Under the pieces are notes generated by a model. That model saw only the letters and a list, made by a program, of their open reading frames with translations, was not told the origin of the DNA and ran no database searches. A stretch of DNA of 23,489 bases from Tubiluchus corallicola (lineage: Eukaryota > Animalia > Priapulida). Shown piece after piece: positions 1 through 23,489 of this stretch. The position numbers were made by a program, and so were the translations under genes. The stretch covers positions 1 to 23,489 of the forward strand of contig JAQGDQ010001846.1 in assembly GCA_030141605.1 (NCBI GenBank), read 5' to 3'. The first letter of the stretch is position 1. The number at the start of each line of letters is the position of its first letter.

Positions 1-720
1 CAACACTTTAATGAAATGAAACAAACTATAGTTGCATCATCTTTATGTCAAAATGTAATTGACACAAGCACAGCTGTGTCTTCAAAACAGCAAAACACTT
101 TACTATGGCTATAACCTGGTTTCGTAATTATGACATTTCATGCACACATTACCAGTGCATTACCATGTTTTTGCCAACAGTTTATATTGTATGCACAGAG
201 CAAAGGAGTTAAAAGAAAGGACAAACCTACTCAAAATTTAGGCTTATTTCAGTATTTGCACAAGTGTTGGAAGGATTTTCTAATAAACATGCAATAAATG
301 TCTGGTGTAATTAGTAAAATCACTTAAAGTCGCGATCAATCCATGCTTTGGCACTCCCATTTTGAACACCCATTTTTCCACCAACGACGAAACTAAAATA
401 ATGCATTACTACACAGAACATATTTAACAATTTAATCATGTCTACATTAATTTATAGATTTGGACCCATAACCAGGTATACTACACAACAAACTACACAG
501 TCGCCTAGGGTGACATATCTTAATGGACGCCAAACTCCGTAAGTAATTCTTTAGTTTAGTATAAGTAACAACATGCCGTTTGTGTAAATACTTAAATGCA
601 CAACACCTTAATTAAATGAAACAAACTATACTTGCATCGTTTTATGCCAAAATGTGATTGACGCTCGCACAACTGTGTCTTCAAAACAGCAACACACTTT
701 ACTTTTGCTATACCTTGGTA
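1..720. repeat. Diverged direct repeat with ~600-bp period (1-120 matches 601-719)
   Basis: CAACACTTTAATGAAATGAAACAAACTATA...CTGTGTCTTCAAAACAGCAA...CACTTTACT recurs at 601, roughly 85% identical by eye. Confidence 0.8.
240..400 (+). repeat. Dispersed repeat fragment, also at ~20920-21080 (+) and ~9050-9210 (-)
   Basis: Shared core GTGTAATTAGTAAA.TCACTT.AAGTCGCGATCA...CCATTTT...TTCCACCAA.GACG..ACTAAAA. Confidence 0.75.
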
Positions 721-1525
721 GCAAGGTTCAAGGGTGCCAAGATGGCAAAAAAATGAAAACAGATAAAATTTTAATAAGGTATGTTAAAGAACATCAAAGT
801 TTTTCACAGTTCAAAATGTGAGGTAGAGAGCTACAGTAGAATGAGGCACCTTGGCTGATTTGTTTTTATTTTCATTACATACCATCATATCAACTATTTG
901 ATATGTATTAACAAGGTATTGATATTGTTTTTGCATGTCATCACTATTATCGAGGAATGGGGGCAAAAGCCCTCCAAAATGGCCCTTTTCGCCCGTTTTT
1001 TGCAAAACTTGTTTCAAGAGATTGGGAATGGACCAGTGATGGTGCTAATAATGGTTGGATAGCCCGTTCGATGGTGGGTGTAGTAGGTGAGTTTAGAATT
1101 CTCAGGAGACCTATGGTTTCCCGTTCCCGGACTAAACTTCCCATTTTTTCGAGATTTTGATGAAACACAATATAGAAAAAAAGGTTCTTGCTGAGCCTGG
1201 TGGTACTCTTGAAAGGAGATACACAGCTCTTTGGGAAGAGGAGGACGGGGCTACATTATGATATGCCTCTCCTTTAAGGACGCCTCCACCAAGAAGAATG
1301 AGTGGCTAGGAGTTGAATGGAAGTTCCATTTTGGAAGATTCTCGCTTGGAAAACTGTTGACGTGTTGTGTTGTACTCCGTCTATGATTTTGTTTCAATAA
1401 AAACTGCTGGTTGTTATTGCTCTAACGAGTAAAGTGGCATTTACGTAACATAATAACATAGTAACGGATGCAGAATAGATAAAATCGGTTTATATTCTTT
1501 TAATGCACCTATTTGTCAGACCTCC

Positions 1526-15897
<14,372 letters not shown>

Positions 15898-16261
15898 GTA
15901 AGTTAGTCAGTTTTCACACAGTACTGTCAAATATCATGACTAACACGTGGCCAGATGGAACATAGGTCATTTTGCAAAAAAACTATGTAAAAAATGCTTG
16001 GGTTAACTTGCTTTTTCAAACGTTTAGTTAGTGAAATAATTTCTAATATTACTTTTAATTTTGATGAAAAGAATACTAGTAGAAACTTAATTGAAAACAC
16101 TTTTTTCGATGCCCACAGCTCACAGTCAACAGCTCTACAAATTCCTGCAGACTAATTACACAAGATAGTTTGCTGAATTCTATTTAGTGAATTTTGTGCA
16201 AAATCAACTGAGCTTTTATATTTTTGTGTAAAATGTAAATTACGTTCGTTTTTCGTATTAA

Positions 16262-16914
16262 CTCTTTCCGGACCGTAAGAGTTTGCAGGTTTCTACTCCT
16301 CACATAATCAATTTTTATTCAAAATTATTATGAAACGCGTTGTTTACCTTAGACAAATTAAAAATTGATTATTGATGAATAAATTTAAAAAAGCTTACAG
16401 CAACTGCAGTGTTTGCACTGTAACAATGTACAGTATCACTTGTGTGAAATCAGCTAATGCAGAAAATTTCGACTATCCAGACACAACAGTCCGATACACT
16501 TTGGCCTCAAATCTACTTTATTTTCAAATAGGAATTGCCGTTAAAACATGAAAAGACCTTAGTTTGTCCTTGGCTGGTCGGTTGGTTTTTCCTGGAATTC
16601 AGTTCAGCAGACAGTTCTCTTGGGCTGTTGTAAGCAGGCCATCAATGAAATGATGTGTACGATCACGCAAGTGTACACCAGACTAAGCTACTCGATAGGC
16701 TAGGTTGTAGTGCCTGAAAGGGCGTGTTTTCTAAATTTTATCCAATTATATCACTTATAAATATTCAAACAAACAGCATGATTGGATAACCGAGATTCTC
16801 ATGAATAGAACAGTACCTAATTTATAATCATTTAGCCATGTCTGTGTTCATACAGTAGCAGAAAGGTCATGGGTCTTATAAGATCTACTTTGAATGGTGT
16901 GGTAACTGAAGGAG
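16262..16914. mobile_element. Possible degenerate TTAA-flanked (piggyBac-like) MITE
   Basis: TTAA-CTCTTTC...GAAGGAG-TTAA ends; only a very short, imperfect TIR. Confidence 0.25.
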
Positions 16915-18092
16915 TTAAAGTGTTAAAGTCAGGTTGAAAGTATTTCACCCTCAGAGAAGGTGGGAGAGTCGATGTATCAAAGCAAATGTTTTATCTAAAG
17001 TTTGTTCTCGAAAAGTATTTTATTAGTCTTTGATGTCCATTGCCGTGTAACTGTATATAATAGTAAATGAAAGTAATAAGCAAATGAGATAAAACATCAT
17101 GCTGTACTTATATTATCACTTCATATATAACGACATAACATCACAACATAATAACTTCACAACATGACCTGTAAATGAAACAAAATAGTGTTAGTCAATG
17201 TCACTAAATTAACAAATCAATGCATCCTCATGGGATGCTTTACTCCGGACAAACTTAGTGTACTTATTACATGAGGAAAACCGGCTCCTATGTGAGGGGA
17301 AAAACTAACTTCCCTTTAATAACAATTAGTAGATATTAAGTTAAGAGATAGCTTTCCTCTAAACGTCGGGAAACAGCTGCTCCGTCAACTTTCATGGTCG
17401 TCAGGTCTTTCCCAACAGGTTTCATGCCTTGGATTTTATACCAGCCTATTCATTAAACAATTAAACGGTTAATGACGCGATAAGACATGTTTCCTACATA
17501 CATACTTGCACAAATAAAACTACAGCAGCAATTATGAACCCTTTCTTTAAGTACGTCGTGCAGTTATTTATACAAAGCAAATAGTAATAAATGTCTTTCC
17601 AAGTGTGCGCGGGTGGGTTTCGTGCGTGCGTACGTGCGCAAGATAAATTTGTGGAAGGTATGCATTCACATGTCCGTGCATACGTTCGTTTGGATGGTTA
17701 GTTTGGTATACTCTGCAGGAAGGTGGAGAAATTGTTAAAGCAAAAAACGACGATTTTTCGCATCCAACCCCATTTTGAAGTACGGCAAAAGAACACATTT
17801 TAACACGTATAATATTGCGAAAGCATTTCAGATGATTGAATAATAGGCTAAGAACTTAAATAACGGCAAGCGAGCCCAACTACTGATGACATCACAAACT
17901 AACATAATTATCAGCAGCAAAAATATTCCATATTATATACATATTTGTATACATATTATATATATATATATATATATTATATACATTATATATACATATA
18001 CATTATATATATAGTTTTGGTTTAAAATATTTAGTTTTCTTGCATAAAAGTTTTAAACAGATATAGGATCTGTGAAATCGTAGTATTCCACT

Positions 18093-18772
18093 GTAGAGAG
18101 GTTCTCACTGGCACACACTCGTAGAGGGCTCTCACTGGCCCATGCTTGTAGAGGGGCTCTCACTGGCCCATGCTTGTAGAGCGGCTCTCACTGGCCCTTG
18201 CTCGCAGAGGGCTCTCACTGGCCCATGCTCGTAGAGGGCTCTCACTGGCCCATGCTCGTAGAGGGCTCTCACTGGCCCATGCTCGTAGAGGGCTCTCACT
18301 GGCCCATGCTCGTAGAGGGCTCTCACTGGCCCATACTCGTAGAGGGCTCTCACTGGCCCTTGCTCGTAGAGGGCTCTCACTGGCCCATGCTCGTAGAGGG
18401 CTCTCACTGGCCCATGCTCGTAGAGGGCTCTCACTGGCCCATGCTCGTAGAGGGCTCTCACTGGCCCTTGCTCGTAGAGGGCTCTCACTGGCCCATGCTC
18501 GTAGAGGGCTCTCACTGGCCCACGCTCGTAGAGGGCTCTCACTGGCCAATGCTCGTAGAGGGCTCTCACTGGCCCATGCTCGTAGAGGGCTCTCACTGGC
18601 CCACGCTCGTAGAGGGCTCTCACTGGCCAATGCTCGTAGAGGGCTCTCACTGGCCCATGCTCGTAGAGGGCTCTCACTGGCCCATGCTCGTAAAGAGGCT
18701 CTCACTGGCCCATGCTCGTAGAGGGGCTCTCACTGGCCCATACTCGTAGAGGGCTCTCACTGGCACATGCTT
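18093..18772 (-). repeat. Mirror copy of the 27-bp minisatellite
   Basis: Translations and variant order are identical to 11275-11954. Confidence 0.98.
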
Positions 18773-19393
18773 GTCATAATAATGGTTATCGAGTTTATAT
18801 GCCAAAAATCCTCAAAGCTGCTTGGGCTTTTGACTGTTTGCTTATGGCTGATTTTGGCTGATTATCATACAAGCTGGTTTTATGGCTAAAATTTAGTTTT
18901 GTTCATGTTCACAATAATTTCAAGTTTGATCGTAAAATCATTACAAACATTGATAAACTGCTGAAGTCCCAAAGTGGTGGGAACCAATGAACATACATCA
19001 TCTGCATAGGACTGGTTATTGCAATGAAAGCCTTCTACAGTGCATCCTATTTTAGAAGTAGGTAAATTTACACTCAGTCCATAAAAATAACTGTTAAAAA
19101 GTTTTGGGGAAAGAATACCTCCTTGCCTGAGCCCATTTCAAACCGTAAAGAACGTTGAGATAAGTCCACCCCGCCTTACAGCCATACACTATTTTATGTA
19201 CCTATAATATAACGTTACAGTAACTGAATAAATTCAATTCGTGGCAGAGCGTGTCTATATGGGAGGAAAATTTGAAAGAAAATGAAACCCCAAATGTGTT
19301 TAGTGGCTTTTGAAACACCCTGTATATTGAATCAATGTAATCTTCTTGCTTGGGACAGACACAAAACTAGAATAAAATGAAAACGTTTCTTAC

Positions 19394-22640
<3,247 letters not shown>

Positions 22641-22814
22641 CTAAAGAAAAAGTGGGTATTATATTCATTTATCAAATATAAATAATTCGGTGTATTGCTG
22701 TCTCTATTTAGTTTCGAAATGAAAAATGAAAAAATAGAATAAGGTCATTTACTCCCAGCAAATATTCTAGTTCGTCAAACAGGAGTGAAGAAACTGATAA
22801 CAAAACGTGAGTAA

Positions 22815-23489
22815 CTGGTGAGCAGTGACTTGTGAGTGTATAGTGTCTGGTGAGCAGTGACTTGTGAGTATATAGTGTCTGGTGAGCAGTGGCTTGTGAG
22901 TATAAAGTGTCTGGTGAGCAGTGACTTGTGAGTATATAGTGTCTGGTGAGCAGTGACTTGTGAGTATATAGTATCTGGTGAGCAGTGACTTGTGAATATA
23001 TAGTATCTGGTGGGCAGTGACTTGTGAGAAAACACAACGGTGAGCAGTGACTTGTGAGTATATAGTGTCTGGTGAGCAGTGACTTGTGAGTATATAGTGT
23101 CTGGTGAGCAGTGACTTGTGAGTATATAGTGTCTGGTGAGCAGTGACTTGTGGGGGTGAGCAGTGACTTGTGAGTATATAGTGTCTGGTGAGCAGTGACT
23201 TGTGAGTATATAGTGTCTGGTGAGCAGTGACTTGTGAGTATATAGTGTCTGGTGAGCAGTGACTTGTGAGAAAACGGTGAGCAGTGACTTGTGAGTATAT
23301 AGTGTCTGGTGAGCAGTGACTTGTGAATATATAGTATCTGGTGAGCAGTGACTTGTGAGTATATAGTGTCTGGTGAGCAGTGACTTGTGAAAAAGGCGGT
23401 GAGCAGTAACTTGTGAATATATAGTGTCTGGTGAACAGTGACTTGTGAAAATATAGTGTCTGGTGAACAGCGACTTGTGAGTATATAGT
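22815..23489 (-). repeat. Mirror copy of the 32-bp minisatellite, truncated by the window end, with four irregular junctions
   Basis: TATATAGTGTCTGGTGAGCAGTGACTTGTGAG units. Confidence 0.97.

Noticed and set aside
16530-16720. Candidate catalytic-His exon (acceptor ATAG near 16531; VYDHAS at ~16655-16672)
   Set aside because: The phase-1 frame from that acceptor stops after a few codons, DHAS is not followed by the hydrophobic-VGYG pattern, and no NSWG follows.

Overview
AT-rich, repeat-dense eukaryotic DNA, probably from an invertebrate animal. The ORF track misses the real gene because it is spliced. Read by hand, the + strand carries a multi-exon papain-family (C1A, cathepsin-like) cysteine protease gene with up to 8 exons between 1526 and 15897: signal peptide, I29-like propeptide, Q-G-N-C-G-S-C catalytic motif, SxQxxVDC, GCEGG and GPV motifs. 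The exon(s) encoding the catalytic His and Asn were not found in the window. About 1 kb after exon 8 the sequence folds back: 16947-23489 is an inverted copy of ~6600-13100, around a 3846-bp spacer. This gives a second, convergent partial copy of exons 4-6 on the - strand. The arms look identical near the centre but differ by ~8% in the outer exon 4, whose two versions both stay in frame. The introns hold a 5S rRNA-headed SINE with a 13-bp TSD, an internally deleted RTE element with a 20-bp TSD nested in a CR1/L2-like relic, an RT fragment, a Harbinger-like MITE, 32-bp and 27-bp minisatellites and a long (CT)n tract. The palindrome may be real or an assembly artefact. All comparisons were made by eye and no database searches were run.
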